Source: Strigamia acuminata
Taxonomy: Eukaryota
DNA: 64,000 bases
Assembly: GCA_949358305.1 (NCBI GenBank)
Contig: OX442314.1
Location: 6,076,001 to 6,140,000, forward strand
Reading direction: 5' to 3'
The notes beneath the pieces were generated by a model. The model worked only from the letters and a program-made list of their open reading frames with translations, was not told the DNA's origin and did no database searches. Position 1 is the first letter of the stretch, and each line of letters opens with the position of its first letter. Positions 63,060-64,000 of this stretch are shown here, piece by piece. A program made the position numbers and the translations under genes.

Positions 63060-63502
63060 CGCGACTTCTCGCTCAGACTGTAGTGTCTGTCAGCCAGCGA
63101 CACGTCGCTCAGCTGCCGCCGGGGACTCGGCCTCGGCTCGTCGTCCACCGCCAGCGAGCACATGCCGTTGCTGTCCACAGACCGGAAGTCCATGTCTTCA
63201 GCCGTCGAATCCCTGCGCTGCGTTGTTACCCGCCGCAGCGCAAGGAACCGTCCGCCGCCGTTCTTGCCCTCGTTGCTCGTGCTTTTCCTGCGCTTGCCCT
63301 TCTTCTCGTCCGAGCCGGACACCGAGCCCAAGTCCGGCTCGCCGAGCCTCTGTCTGCTCACGGTGGGCGTCGACGTGCACGTGACCTTATCGTAGGCCTG
63401 CGCGTAGCTGGGCACCATGGCCGACTCGGCGCCGAGCCCCTCGTCGTGCACCGCCACGATCTCAATCCTCGGCTTGTTCTGCTCGTTCTTGTCCGACTCA
63501 GT
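63060..63502 (-). other. GC-rich, coding-like fragment (exon or captured piece of an unidentified gene)
   Basis: Open frame TESDKNEQNKPRIEIVAVHDEG...RHYSLSEK with strong G/C third positions, unlike the AT-rich surroundings; no family motif recognised. Confidence 0.4.
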
Positions 63503-63568
63503 AGTGGGTTAGTGGCAGTCTTGAAACAGGCGGTTCACGGTTCGGGGGTGGGGGGTGGTGAGGGTTAA

Positions 63569-63712
63569 GTGGGGGGAGATAAGGGGAGGGGGAGAAAAGG
63601 GGAGGGGGAAGATAAGGGGAGGGGGAGATAAGGGGAGGGAAAGATAAGTGGAGGGGGAGATAAGGGGAGGGGAGATAAGGAGAGGGGGAGATAAGGGGAG
63701 AGCTAAGTGGGG
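63569..63712. repeat. G-rich ~18-bp tandem repeat (GGGGAGATAAGGGGAGG)
   Basis: About 8 visible copies; G-quadruplex-prone. Confidence 0.9.
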
Positions 63713-64000
63713 ATGACTAATTGCCTCAATCAATCAATCTTATCATTCGATCAATGTGCCCTAGGCTATTATTTGTTATTGTTTTTCTTTACTTAAGTAC
63801 CTTGTTGTTGTTTTTCCCAAATTTTCAAAGGCCCCTTGTTTTTCTTTCCTTAAGCACCTTGTTGTTGTTTTTCCCAAATTTTCAAAGGACCCTTAGGCTA
63901 CTTTTAACCAAAGGAGAGATATTATTGGGTACTCATCAATGTCAGTGATGGAAAGGAATGGTAAAACAGGAAGTGAGCGGTTCAAAGGGGAGGAGTTATC

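Noticed and set aside
62807..63568. 253-aa plus-strand ORF
   Set aside because: Crosses a MITE end into the GC-rich patch; codon bias favours the minus-strand frame.

Overview
Eukaryotic (invertebrate animal-like; AT-rich, 50-80 nt GT-AG introns) locus: a tandem cluster of minus-strand DEG/ENaC (pickpocket/ASIC-family) genes embedded in dense, nested transposable elements. Two copies (4058-7676, 56872-61533) splice cleanly by hand into ~800-aa proteins that each contain TWO complete DEG/ENaC repeats (four TM helices) with an identical 0-1-0-0-2 intron-phase pattern; a third copy is only exon 1 fused to a decayed copia element. Mobile elements with termini and TSDs read from the sequence: an intact Ty3/gypsy element (31373-43181) with extra, apparently spliced non-env ORFs; a pol-less element with 1.9-kb LTRs (43405-55807; related LTR at 210-2122) hosting a piggyBac (50538-53507) that carries a convergent 4-exon, 113-aa second gene missed by the ORF track; a two-gene PIF/Harbinger; a TRIM-like element; two solo LTRs; and hAT, Kolobok-like, piggyBac, pogo-like and Tc1/mariner MITEs. 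No rRNA, tRNA gene or CRISPR array seen. Exon models and coordinates were derived by eye; no database searches were run.
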